Origin: Bacilli bacterium
GTDB lineage: Bacteria > Bacillota_I > Bacilli_A > RF39 > UBA660
Assembly: GCA_017477845.1 (NCBI GenBank)
Contig: JAFUTR010000009.1
Span: forward strand, 1-60,914
Reading direction: 5' to 3'
Length of the DNA stretch: 60,914 nucleotides
Shown here: positions 39,907 through 49,016 of the stretch, piece by piece
Layout: each line of letters begins with the position of its first letter
Position numbering within the stretch: position 1 is the first letter of the stretch
Notes under the pieces: model-generated
What the model saw: the letters and a program-made list of their open reading frames with translations, nothing else
What the model was told of the DNA's origin: nothing
Databases searched by the model: none
Position numbers and translations under genes: made by a program

Positions 39907-41331
39907 CTATAATTCTCTATCATAATAATCTTTATCGTAATCATCATAGTCACGATAAACAATTTTATCGGCTAAATCTTCATAATCATCATAAGTTTCA
40001 TATTCATCAACTTCACGATGAAGAAGTTTATTAATAGCATTACACATCTTTTCAAATCGTAATTTCCATATTTCTATTTCTTCGTGTAATTTAGATTTTA
40101 AATATTGAATATTATTATTTAAAACATCAACTAATTCGTTTAATCTACCAATTTCCTTTTTTTGTTCTTTAATTTGTTTTTTCTGTTCAATAATTAAATT
40201 ATCTCTTTTAACAAGTTCTTCATTATTACGAAAGATAGTGTTTTCTTCTTGAAGTTTATCAATTTCTTTATTCAAAGTATTTATTTCAGTTTGTTGTAGT
40301 ATATTTTGTTGTTCTAAATTTTTAGAATAATCAATCATTTTTTCTACATCATCTTTACTATAACCAACTAAATTTTTCTTTGGATTAAGTATTTCTTTAT
40401 CTACCACATTATTCGCAGTTTTAAGGGCTAATTTTGCATCTTTAATAATAGATAAGGTATTTTCTTTTTCTAATCTTAACTCCTCTAATTCAGCCTTTTT
40501 TTCTTCAATATCATATTCTAATTTTGTTTGATGAGCGATATGAGCACCATTCTTACCTCGATCTAATTTAAAACCTTTATTAGTAATAAATTTATTAAAT
40601 GAATCTTGCATTTTGGCAAAGGATAATTGACCACCTTTGTCTTTCCAAAATTGGTCATTATTTAAAAAATTTCCTTTGACTTTTTCATAAACAATTTTTC
40701 CATTTTCATCTCGAAGTAGTTTAGGAACATATTTAATTTTTCCATCTTTGGTATAACCTTGTTCTTTAATTAGATTTCCATCATTATCTTTCATATAGCA
40801 TTTTCTTTTAACCTCATTTACGATAGGCATAAAATATGCTTGAAGATGTGGTGTATCTTCATCATAATGTATTTGAGCGAGAAGTATATTTTTTTCTCCA
40901 ACAAAATCTTTCAAATATTCCATACAACAATCAAAATAATAACTAACTGCATTTGGTATATCATCAGTAGATTTAATATCAGGTATTTTTACTATTTGAC
41001 CTTTCTTTTTTCCTGTCTTATAAGTTCTACCACTATCGACAAATTTCATTCCTAATCTTTCAAAAAATTCAGGACCACTTGTGAAAGTAATACCATTTAA
41101 TACATTAGTCCCTGATTTATTTAGATATTCAATGTTTCTTCTTTCCAAAGTTTTTTTAACTTCTTGATATAAATTTCTTTCACTTATCGAAACATAATCG
41201 ACATTGAATTTTGTTCTTTCATTATCATAATTACCTGAGCCTTTTCGCTTAGTCATTTCTATTCCAATATTATATAAATCTTTTTGCTTTAACTTAGTTG
41301 TTAATGTTAAAACTTGGTATCCATCATACAT
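39907..41331 (-). CDS. mob: MobV-family (Mob/Pre) relaxase
   Basis: HxDExxPH motif (IHYDEDTPHLQAYFMPIV) about 150 aa from the N-terminus. Long coiled-coil C-terminal half. Strong AAGGAGG RBS. Confidence 0.85.
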   Translation of the reverse strand: MYDGYQVLTLTTKLKQKDLYNIGIEMTKRKGSGNYDNERTKFNVDYVSISERNLYQEVKKTLERRNIEYLNKSGTNVLNGITFTSGPEFFERLGMKFVDSGRTYKTGKKKGQIVKIPDIKSTDDIPNAVSYYFDCCMEYLKDFVGEKNILLAQIHYDEDTPHLQAYFMPIVNEVKRKCYMKDNDGNLIKEQGYTKDGKIKYVPKLLRDENGKIVYEKVKGNFLNNDQFWKDKGGQLSFAKMQDSFNKFITNKGFKLDRGKNGAHIAHQTKLEYDIEEKKAELEELRLEKENTLSIIKDAKLALKTANNVVDKEILNPKKNLVGYSKDDVEKMIDYSKNLEQQNILQQTEINTLNKEIDKLQEENTIFRNNEELVKRDNLIIEQKKQIKEQKKEIGRLNELVDVLNNNIQYLKSKLHEEIEIWKLRFEKMCNAINKLLHREVDEYETYDDYEDLADKIVYRDYDDYDKDYYDREL

Positions 41332-41365
41332 TTAAACCTCCTTTTCTTAAAATTTTACAAATTTC

Positions 41366-41530
41366 AGGTCATTGATGACCTATCTCACTAGGGCATAGCC
41401 CATTCGTGAGTTTAGGGAGTTCCCTAAAAACCCCTTTGGCTTGCAATCAGTATAAACCTAAACACAATTTAGGATTTATCCTTTATGCAAGATTAAATAA
41501 TAACTATTCACCGAATACTTATTATTTAAT
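41366..41530. promoter_or_regulatory. cluster of inverted repeats upstream of mob (candidate oriT / origin region)
   Basis: AGGTCAT-TG-ATGACCT (41366-81), CTCAC..GGGC-ATA-GCCC..GTGAG (41385-41410), TTTAGGGA-GT-TCCCTAAA (41411-28), TTAAATAATAA/TTATTATTTAA (about 41492-41529). Locally G+C-richer than the surroundings. Confidence 0.45.
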
Positions 41531-41675
41531 GAATTATTAAAAGTGATTAATAATCATTTTAATAATTGTAAAAATATTCACTATCGCCACTTTCATTTTT
41601 CTTACGAAAAACAAAACGTGCCTCGTTCATTTTTTACTAAAACTTTTTCAAAAAAAGTTTCCAAAAATAGAGTGA

Positions 41676-42632
41676 TTATTCATCATAATCACTCATCGGT
41701 TCTTCATAATGAGCTTGATAAATTCTTTCAGTTCTTGTTCTTTTTAATGTGATTTTTAATCCCTCTTTTTCTAAATTTGTCATATTATTTTTTAACATTT
41801 TTCCAAATACTGACGGAGTAATTTGTAAATTTAATTTACTTGTTATCTCTGATACAGTAAAGACAAAATCCTTTTGTTTGATTGCATAATTTAGAAAAGT
41901 TAGAATATTATAATTTAAATCATCACATTCAAGTTCTGATACTTGAAAGTTTAAATTATCATCTCGTTTTAATATCAAATCTATTCCTTCATAATCTCGA
42001 CTTTCATATTTAAAGATAATTTTATTCTTAATATTTGAATCGACTTTTAATGCAATAATTCCATCAACCGAACCATCTATAGCAGTTGATCCTAGTGATG
42101 TATTATTCTTATTTAAATGATGAATTAATAAAATAGTGAAGTTATATCTTTTACATAATTCTCTAAATTCAGGAATAACATGTTGTCCAATATCTTGATA
42201 ATTATTAAGGTCATATCCACTATTAGTATCAATACCACTAAACATATCAATTATTACAAGTCGTCCTTTATAATTGATTGAAAAGTCTTGAAAATCTAAT
42301 TGTAAATCCATTAAATTTAATTTTCTTTCATTAATTTCTTGTTCTTTTAAAAAGAAATTATTATCATTAAACTCTAATTTCATTGTTTCAATTCTATTTA
42401 GTATTTGTGTAGAATCCATTTCTGTGCTAATATAGAGTACAGGAGATGAATTAGTTTCAAATCCTAAAAAATTATTGCCTGTTGCAACAGCATTGGCAAG
42501 TTGAAGGGCTAACAACGACTTGCCAACTTTCGGTCTAGCAACTAGGCAATATATTCCATTAGATTTCATAAGTTTATCGACTATGAAGTCTTTTTTTGTT
42601 TGACTTTTTCTCATATCACTAATGGTTTTCAA
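41676..42632 (-). CDS. RecA-like P-loop ATPase (AAA_25/RepA-DnaB-C-like)
   Basis: Walker A ARPKVGKS and Walker B-like LVIIDMF. TTG start 6 nt after AGGAGG. Confidence 0.7.
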   Translation of the reverse strand: MKTISDMRKSQTKKDFIVDKLMKSNGIYCLVARPKVGKSLLALQLANAVATGNNFLGFETNSSPVLYISTEMDSTQILNRIETMKLEFNDNNFFLKEQEINERKLNLMDLQLDFQDFSINYKGRLVIIDMFSGIDTNSGYDLNNYQDIGQHVIPEFRELCKRYNFTILLIHHLNKNNTSLGSTAIDGSVDGIIALKVDSNIKNKIIFKYESRDYEGIDLILKRDDNLNFQVSELECDDLNYNILTFLNYAIKQKDFVFTVSEITSKLNLQITPSVFGKMLKNNMTNLEKEGLKITLKRTRTERIYQAHYEEPMSDYDE

Positions 42633-42650
42633 TTTTATCCTCCTTTCTTT

Positions 42651-42890
42651 TTAAATTGATAATTCTTTTGCCATTTTTTGTAAGTATCCTATATTGATTT
42701 TTAAATAACTTACCACCTCGTTCATTGGTAAGTATTTTGTAGGAATAGAATAACCTTTTGAAATAAGTTCATCTTTTATTTTAGATTTGATTTTTAGAAC
42801 AGAACTTTTACTTAATCCTGTTAATTTCATCAAATCACTTACATCACACCATTGTTTTGATATAAGTTCAAGCGTTTCCTTTGCATTCAT
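42651..42890 (-). CDS. small HTH protein, putative excisionase/recombination directionality factor
   Basis: 79 aa. HTH-like DVSDLMKLTGLSKSSVLKIK. Placed at the head of the rep-mob-int gene string. Confidence 0.45.
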   Translation of the reverse strand: MNAKETLELISKQWCDVSDLMKLTGLSKSSVLKIKSKIKDELISKGYSIPTKYLPMNEVVSYLKINIGYLQKMAKELSI

Positions 42891-43175
42891 TTTGCCTCCT
42901 TTCTGTGTTCTAATAAGATGGTTTTAGCGTCACCAACAACTCCCTTTTAGGATGTATATATAGTTTTTAGCCATATATGTAACGAGGATATTAGTTAATT
43001 CACAACTCCCGTGCCAATAGGGTGAACAATTTGTGCCTTGCATTTATTTAACGAGTCGGAAAATATCGGCGAGGGCCAACTCTATGAAGTTGTCAAAGAA
43101 CGACTTTGAACTAAGAGCAATTATTTTCATCACCTCCAATCGAATTGCTCTCTAAAAAATAAGTTGGATAACATT

Positions 43176-43205
43176 TGTAAATGCAACTTATAAGTTTAAT
43201 TTACA
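43176..43205. promoter_or_regulatory. 30-bp near-perfect palindrome (candidate repressor operator)
   Basis: TGTAAATgcAACTTATAAGTTtaATTTACA. Lies in the divergent region between the xis-like gene and the XRE gene. Confidence 0.5.
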
Positions 43206-43254
43206 TCAAATTATTTTGTTTGTCAACTAAAAAGTTGAATTCTTTGTAAAAAAC

Positions 43255-43283
43255 TTGCAAAAAAGTCTAAATTAGTGTATAAT
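43255..43283 (+). promoter_or_regulatory. promoter of the XRE gene
   Basis: TTGCAA (43255-60), 17 nt, TATAAT (43278-83) with upstream TG. Confidence 0.6.
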
Positions 43284-43306
43284 CAATTTTGAAAGGAGTG
43301 AATAAG

Positions 43307-43810
43307 ATGAATGAAACAGTAGGTGAAATAATAGCAAAAGCTCGTGAAGAAAAAGGAATTTCTAAAAGGGAACTTGCTCGTATTGCTGATATAAGTGATA
43401 CAGAACTTTCTCGTATTGAATCTGGTGAGAGAGAATTTCCTAATCCTAAAACATTAAGAAAGATAAGTCAGCATATAGGAGTTAATTTTAATGATTTAAT
43501 GTATGCTGCTGGACTTGGTTTTAGTGTTTCACCCCTTAATCCATTTTTAATTGATTATTATTCTGGACTTAAAGGTGAAAAATTAGATGAGGCATTAATT
43601 AATACTCTTGGTAGTATTGATAATTGGAAAGAATTAGTTGACTCACTTAAAACAAAAATGGATAATGGAAGTTTATCAGATAGTGAAAAAGAAGTTATCG
43701 GTCAAACGATTGAAGATACTGAATATCAAATTAATACTGCAAATGAAATTGTAAAACTAATACATAGTGCAAAAACGAAAGAGAGGATAGAAAATGGTAA
43801 GAAAGGATAA
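43307..43810 (+). CDS. XRE-family HTH regulator
   Basis: HTH_3 signature IIAKAREEKGISKRELARIADISDTELSRIESGER. The ATG at 43307 follows AGGAG. Confidence 0.8.
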   Translation: MNETVGEIIAKAREEKGISKRELARIADISDTELSRIESGEREFPNPKTLRKISQHIGVNFNDLMYAAGLGFSVSPLNPFLIDYYSGLKGEKLDEALINTLGSIDNWKELVDSLKTKMDNGSLSDSEKEVIGQTIEDTEYQINTANEIVKLIHSAKTKERIENGKKG

Positions 43811-44237
43811 ATATATTAATTTAGCGATTATTGTTTCTAATATAGTGATGTTAATAGATGTAATACTTATATTTATTTTAAATAATAATGTTGTTTATTC
43901 ATTATATTGGTTATTAATTTTAATGATAATGCTTGCAAATACTTTCTTTATAGGTAAATGGACAAGAGATGGTAATAATGTAGAAAAAAAACAATCAAAA
44001 ATAATTCATAGATCTGTCGATGATGCTTTAATGATTGCAACAGGCATTTATTATTTATCGGCATTGGCATTTATGTTTATTAAAGAAATTAAACCTGAAT
44101 ATTCACAGAATATTTACTTTATAATTGCATTATATATACTAACAATAATTTATGAAGAACTTATATACTTACAAGTATATGGTGCAAAAAAAGAAACAAG
44201 AAAATTAATAGAAAAGACTTATAAAAAGAAAAAATGA
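43794..44237 (+). CDS. 4-TM membrane protein
   Basis: Overlaps the XRE gene end by 17 nt. Four hydrophobic helices. Confidence 0.55.
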   Translation: MVRKDKYINLAIIVSNIVMLIDVILIFILNNNVVYSLYWLLILMIMLANTFFIGKWTRDGNNVEKKQSKIIHRSVDDALMIATGIYYLSALAFMFIKEIKPEYSQNIYFIIALYILTIIYEELIYLQVYGAKKETRKLIEKTYKKKK

Positions 44238-44482
44238 CGGCAATGACAGGAAAAATCAGGTGGTACCCACCAAAAAAATGCTGTCATGCTGTCATTAATA
44301 TAATTTAAATCATTTAATGGTTCTGATTAATAAAGTTATTAAAATCTTTATTGCAGAGCTATTTTTTATATTTTAAATACTGAATATTGCTTTTTGTAAA
44401 AAAACTGTGCTATAATTATTTTGGAAATCGTAGGAATATTTTTGAAAACTTCCTACACTTTCCAAAGAAAGAAGGTATGTAT

Positions 44483-45025
44483 ATGATAATGACTTATAGT
44501 GATGCTTATAAAAAATATAAGAATGATTATGGCATAAATAAAGCCATGATGAATAATGAATTATTTAAAGTAGCAAAAGGTATGTATTCTGATAAAAAGA
44601 ATATTGATTTAATTGCAGTATATTCTAAAAAATATCCTAATGCTATTATTACACTTGATTCGGCTTTTTATTATTATAAATTGACCGATAATATTCCAAC
44701 AAAAGTAAATATGGCTATTGCAAGACATGCAAGACCAATTAAAGATGATGATATTATTGTTTCTTATATTGATGATGAAATAGTGGATTATGGTAAGACA
44801 GAAGTTTTAGTTGATGATGAAAAAGTTAATATATATGATAAAGAACGATTGTTAGTTGAATTGATTAGAAAGAAAAATCAAATGCCTTTTGATTATTATA
44901 AAGAATTAATATCTAATTATCGAAAAATTTCTGATGAATTGGATATGGCTAAAATCGAGAAATATATGGCATTATTTAAAAATGAGGTTAATATAGGTAA
45001 CAGTTTATTAAGAGAGGTATTTTAA
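44483..45025 (+). CDS. AbiEi-family type IV antitoxin
   Basis: N-terminal AbiEi_4-like segment TYSDAYKKY...ELFKVAKGMYSD. 1-nt TAATG overlap with the AbiEii gene. Start chosen 7 nt after GAAGG; the ORF-track start at 44387 is less likely. Confidence 0.6.
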   Translation: MIMTYSDAYKKYKNDYGINKAMMNNELFKVAKGMYSDKKNIDLIAVYSKKYPNAIITLDSAFYYYKLTDNIPTKVNMAIARHARPIKDDDIIVSYIDDEIVDYGKTEVLVDDEKVNIYDKERLLVELIRKKNQMPFDYYKELISNYRKISDELDMAKIEKYMALFKNEVNIGNSLLREVF

Positions 45026-45852
45026 TGAATATAGATGAATTAATTACTAAATATCGTGAAGAAGGATATCCTCTTGCTGATGCGAGATCTTCTGCATGCC
45101 ACGATATTATTTTATCTAAAATTTTTAAGAGTAAATTTAAAGAACACATAACTATTAAAGGTGGTGTAGTTATGCACAATATATCTAATTCAATGCGTAG
45201 AGCAACGCAAGATTTAGATATGGATTTTATTAAATATTCCTTAAAAGATGATTCTATTAAACAGTTTATAAGTAAATTAGATAAGGTTGACGATGGTATT
45301 AAAGTTGAAATTTTAGGAAATATTGAAGAATTAAAACATCAAGATTATTCTGGAAAAAGAGTTTTTATAAAAATATCTGATAATTATGGAAATTCACTAG
45401 AAAATAAAATTGATTTAGGTGTTCAAAAAGAGTTTGATATTGAACAAGACGAATACTACTTTAATTTAAATTCAATTGATGGTAGTATTTGCTTGTTGAT
45501 AAACTCAAAAGAGCAAATATTCACAGAGAAATTAAAATCATTATTAAAATTAGGCTTTAGATCTGGACGACATAAAGATTTATTTGATTTTTATTATTTA
45601 ATAAATGATGCTAAATTAGATAAACACAAATTACTTAAATGTATTGATGTTTTAATCTTTCAAGATGATAAAATGAGAGAGAATAGTATTAGTGATATTT
45701 ATTCAAGACTTGATGGTGTATTTTCGTCAAGAGTTTATAGAAGTAATTTAAATAACCCTAAAAATAATTGGTTAGATATTAGAATTGATGATGCAATAGA
45801 ATCTGTACTTAATTATGTAAATGAATTATCAGAAGAATTTGTTGCAATTTAA
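45025..45852 (+). CDS. AbiEii/AbiGii-family nucleotidyltransferase toxin
   Basis: 275 aa. Size, gene order and IKGGVVM...TQDLDMDF (NTase G-x-D-x-D-like) fit the AbiEii family. Confidence 0.6.
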   Translation: MNIDELITKYREEGYPLADARSSACHDIILSKIFKSKFKEHITIKGGVVMHNISNSMRRATQDLDMDFIKYSLKDDSIKQFISKLDKVDDGIKVEILGNIEELKHQDYSGKRVFIKISDNYGNSLENKIDLGVQKEFDIEQDEYYFNLNSIDGSICLLINSKEQIFTEKLKSLLKLGFRSGRHKDLFDFYYLINDAKLDKHKLLKCIDVLIFQDDKMRENSISDIYSRLDGVFSSRVYRSNLNNPKNNWLDIRIDDAIESVLNYVNELSEEFVAI

Positions 45853-45879
45853 AAAGAAATAGTATGAAACTTGCACATA

Positions 45880-46332
45880 CTATTTTTTATTTATAAATTT
45901 ATCCTTACTTCTACCTAACACCCAATCAATAGAATAATTACTAATTTTGCATAACTCTATTAATAAAGGACTTAATATTAAATACTTATTATTTTCATAA
46001 TTACTAATAGCTGATGAAGTAGTATTAAATTTACTTGCTAATTCTCTCATTGTTATATTTAAAGAATCTCTTATTTCCTTTAAATTAATAGATACTTGTT
46101 CTCTATTTAATTCTTTATTTGATTTAATATGTAATCTTTTATCGTTTAAACCTACAATATAATCAATATTAACCTCAAAGAATTCGGCTAATTCATATAA
46201 TCTTTTAGTTGCTATCGATAATTTCTCATTTTCCCATTCAGAATAAACTGATGGAGCAACGCCAATAATGTTAGCAACATCTTTCTTTAATAAATTTCTT
46301 TCATCCCTTAATTTTTCTAATCTCAAATTCAT
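45880..46332 (-). CDS. double-HTH XRE-family regulator
   Basis: Two HTH_3-like units: LRDERNLLKKDVANIIGVAPSVYSEWEN and IRDSLNITMRELASKFNTTSSAISNYEN. Confidence 0.75.
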   Translation of the reverse strand: MNLRLEKLRDERNLLKKDVANIIGVAPSVYSEWENEKLSIATKRLYELAEFFEVNIDYIVGLNDKRLHIKSNKELNREQVSINLKEIRDSLNITMRELASKFNTTSSAISNYENNKYLILSPLLIELCKISNYSIDWVLGRSKDKFINKK

Positions 46333-46449
46333 AATAACTCCCATATCTATAAGTTATTATGATATTAAATTCGGTTAATTTTAGCGTTTTTTCGTCATAT
46401 TTGAGCAAAGTGTGATATAATTGTATATAGAGTTGAGGTGAAAAATAGT

Positions 46450-46686
46450 ATGAAAAATGAAATTACAAAAGAAAAATATGAAGCAAATATTCATTTAAAT
46501 ACCTTATATGATGTATTAAGTGCATTAAGAGCTAATGGTATTAAACAATTCTATCCTGATGATATTAATGATGAAATTGATAGGATAATATCAAGAATAA
46601 ATAGCTATATTTATCACGGTCACAATGGATATGATGTTATTGCTGAAAAATGGTATTCTGAATTTACTTTTAAGAAAAACGATTAA
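46450..46686 (+). CDS. hypothetical protein (78 aa)
   Basis: GAGGTG RBS. Extended -10 TGATATAAT upstream. No family recognised. Confidence 0.45.
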   Translation: MKNEITKEKYEANIHLNTLYDVLSALRANGIKQFYPDDINDEIDRIISRINSYIYHGHNGYDVIAEKWYSEFTFKKND

Positions 46687-46817
46687 CTGTAAAAAATGTA
46701 AATTTGCTTTATATTTTTTGGTGGATTAAATTGATTATATATTTTATATATGGTACTATATTGTTGAGAAAAATAATTTCAGTGAAGTATTGGTAATTTT
46801 TTTTAAATGAGGTAAAT

Positions 46818-47651
46818 ATGATTGAAAGAATAATGAATTCAACAGAAGAAAATGTTGATGAGATAATTAAAACAATAATTAATGAATTAGACAATAAAGC
46901 AAATAAAGTTGAAAGATTAGGATTTTTAGATTCAATTAGTTCAAATCCGGTATATAAGGGATTTATTCCTCTTAATACAAGGATTAAGTATTCTAATTTT
47001 GGTGTTGAAGATTATAGTATGAAAACGACGGATTTTATATACGAATTTATTAAAAATATTAAAAAATATAATCTAACGAATAAAGGACAAATAATTCATT
47101 TTTTGGAATACTATATTAATACTTATTTTGGTTTACCTGGTGGTATCAGTAGAGAAACTTTATTCAATGACATTGCTTGGAATACAACTACAACAGATGA
47201 TGAATATTTTGCTGCTTTAGAGAAAAATGAAATTGGTATGTTAAAGAATAAACGAGCTGCACAATGTACTGAACGAAGTGCTGTGGCTCAACAAATATTA
47301 AGTGTATTAGGTTTTGAAACATTTTATTGTATGGGTTGTGTTGATTTAGGCAATAATCATCAAGAACCACATTGTTTCAATATTATTAAAAGAAAAAATG
47401 ATTATGCTTTGGTTGATTATAGTTGCCCAATTACAGAGTATAATGAAGATAATAGTGTTAGAGCATATTATCCTTTTATTGCAACACTATCCAATGATGA
47501 GTTTACTGATTTTTTGAATAACGGTGTAATTAAAAGTTTTACAAATTATAGTTATGAAATAAAAAATGGAAAAAGTGTAAGAATTGATGATGATAGTAGT
47601 AGGTCTTATGTGGTAGGACAATATGAAATAAAAAAAGAAAATCAAAAATAA
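46818..47651 (+). CDS. hypothetical protein with a transglutaminase/papain-like Cys-His-Asp arrangement
   Basis: RAAQCTERSAVAQQILSVLGFETFYCMGCV...HQEPHCFNIIKRKNDYALVDYS reproduces the G-x-C...H...D spacing of transglutaminase-like cysteine peptidases. No signal peptide. Confidence 0.45.
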   Translation: MIERIMNSTEENVDEIIKTIINELDNKANKVERLGFLDSISSNPVYKGFIPLNTRIKYSNFGVEDYSMKTTDFIYEFIKNIKKYNLTNKGQIIHFLEYYINTYFGLPGGISRETLFNDIAWNTTTTDDEYFAALEKNEIGMLKNKRAAQCTERSAVAQQILSVLGFETFYCMGCVDLGNNHQEPHCFNIIKRKNDYALVDYSCPITEYNEDNSVRAYYPFIATLSNDEFTDFLNNGVIKSFTNYSYEIKNGKSVRIDDDSSRSYVVGQYEIKKENQK

Positions 47652-47735
47652 TCTACTAAATTAATAAAAAAATGATAAAAAATGCGTAAATTTTTATGTA
47701 AATTTAGTATAGTTTTAAAATGTAAAAAAAAATTA

Positions 47736-47744
47736 TGGTATAAT
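47736..47744 (+). promoter_or_regulatory. extended -10 promoter element of the effector cassette
   Basis: TGGTATAAT lies about 25 nt upstream of the GGAAGGAG RBS of the first cassette gene. The -35 is weak. Confidence 0.45.
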
Positions 47745-47769
47745 TGATAATAGGAAGGAGAATTTTGAA

Positions 47770-48060
47770 ATGGGACGAGTTCATGTAGAAGAAGCAGCTT
47801 TAGTCAATCTAAAAAATGACTTTGGAACTGTTGGAGAAAGTTATAAAGCTAATTATACTAAACTAACTAATTTAATTAGTGAAATTACTTCTGGACATAT
47901 CCAAGGTGATCCTGCAAATGAATTATTGCAAAAATATGAAGAAAAGAAAGAAGCTTTTGAAAAGGTGTATGAAATGATTAATTCAACACAGGAATATGTA
48001 AACGGAAGAACAGAACAATTTGTTAATGATGTTGATTCATTAATGAAAAATATGAAATAG
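47770..48060 (+). CDS. WXG100/Lap-like small helical protein (96 aa)
   Basis: Size and helix-turn-helix layout fit. A central IQGDPA occupies the position of W-x-G. First gene of the coupled cassette. Confidence 0.45.
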   Translation: MGRVHVEEAALVNLKNDFGTVGESYKANYTKLTNLISEITSGHIQGDPANELLQKYEEKKEAFEKVYEMINSTQEYVNGRTEQFVNDVDSLMKNMK

Positions 48061-48069
48061 GAGGAAAAT

Positions 48070-48342
48070 ATGAATTTAACGATTTTACCAGACGCAGCTT
48101 TAGATGATGCAAAGAGTATTGACTCTATTGTTCAAGAAATAAGTAATAGTTTGGAGATATTGGATAAAGCAATTAAAAACAATATTCCTGAACATTTAGA
48201 AACAGAGTGGTCTGTTAAGTTATTAGAAAATTGGAATGAATACTATAGTGGAAATATTAAAAATGCAATGGCTGCAATGAATTTAAGTGCTTCTAACTTA
48301 AAAAGTGCTGTTGATATGGCTGTAAATTATAGTAAAATGTAA
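48070..48342 (+). CDS. second small helical T7SS-accessory-like protein (90 aa)
   Basis: 90 aa, predicted all-helical. TAGGAGG RBS 9 nt after the upstream stop. Confidence 0.4.
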   Translation: MNLTILPDAALDDAKSIDSIVQEISNSLEILDKAIKNNIPEHLETEWSVKLLENWNEYYSGNIKNAMAAMNLSASNLKSAVDMAVNYSKM

Positions 48343-48356
48343 AAATGGAGGATCAT

Positions 48357-48740
48357 ATGATTGATGAGTCATTATTATCAGTTGGTTCTTGTGTAAAAAT
48401 TGCAAATAACTCTAAAATGATTATGATAGCTGGTTATTTGCCTTATGATAATCAAAAAAAAATAATGTATGATTATATCGGTATATATCTTCCGATTGGT
48501 ATAAGAAAACCTAGACAAAAAATAGAAGTAAATAAAGACTATATTTGCTTTAAAAATAGTGATATTAAAAAGATTATTTTTATTGGTTATTCGGATAAAA
48601 AATCGGATTTTTATTGTAAATATTTATTAAATATTAAAAATAAAATTAGAAATATGAATACAGAGTTATCTGATGAAGTAGTAAAAAATATTTTGAAAGA
48701 TTCTTTACCTGATATAAAAAATATAAAAAGTGAGGTATAA
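48357..48740 (+). CDS. DUF4176-like protein, paralog 1
   Basis: LLSVGSCVKI...MYDYIGIYLPIGI...DIKKIIFIGYSD. Carries an extra C-terminal ~45 aa. Confidence 0.6.
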   Translation: MIDESLLSVGSCVKIANNSKMIMIAGYLPYDNQKKIMYDYIGIYLPIGIRKPRQKIEVNKDYICFKNSDIKKIIFIGYSDKKSDFYCKYLLNIKNKIRNMNTELSDEVVKNILKDSLPDIKNIKSEV

Positions 48741-48744
48741 ATAA

Positions 48745-49002
48745 ATGAATAATAAGATTTTGCCGATTGGTAGCATTATTAAAATGAGTAATAGTGATTT
48801 GTATTTAATGATTTATGGATATGCTAATAGCAAGAAAAACATAGATGGTGAATACTATGATTATTTTTGTTGTATTTACCCTGCTGGAATTAATGGTAAA
48901 GATTCAATATTAGTAAAAAAAGAAAAAATAGAAAAAATAATTTTTATAGGATATCAAGATTCAAAGTTTGAAAATTTTGTTGAACTTTTGGAACAGCAAT
49001 AA
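48745..49002 (+). CDS. DUF4176-like protein, paralog 2
   Basis: ILPIGSIIKM...YYDYFCCIYPAGI...KIEKIIFIGYQD. Confidence 0.65.
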   Translation: MNNKILPIGSIIKMSNSDLYLMIYGYANSKKNIDGEYYDYFCCIYPAGINGKDSILVKKEKIEKIIFIGYQDSKFENFVELLEQQ

Positions 49003-49016
49003 TGGATGGTGATTTA

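Noticed and set aside
38655-41331. Asp/Tyr-rich acidic C-terminal tails on both the integrase and the relaxase, and a similar tract in the 37714-38256 protein.
   Set aside because: This is probably low-complexity sequence favoured by GAT/TAT codon bias in this AT-rich genome. There is no evidence of function.
41543-41752. 69-aa plus-strand ORF between mob and the ATPase gene.
   Set aside because: It uses a non-ATG start, has no RBS and overlaps the 3' end of the ATPase gene. The region is better explained as a non-coding origin/oriT region.
44259-44271. GGTGGTACCCACC, resembling the T-box core GGUGGUACC.
   Set aside because: It is a simple palindromic hairpin downstream of the 4-TM gene. 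There is no stem I, specifier loop or terminator context, and no aaRS or amino-acid gene follows.
46696-47705. ATGTAAATTT upstream of both the 277-aa gene (46696-46705) and the effector cassette (47696-47705), sharing TGTAAAT with the palindrome half-site at 43176.
   Set aside because: My rough estimate is that an A/T-only 10-mer with a single G occurs about once per strand by chance in 61 kb of this composition. It is suggestive of a common repressor site but not statistically supportable from this window alone.
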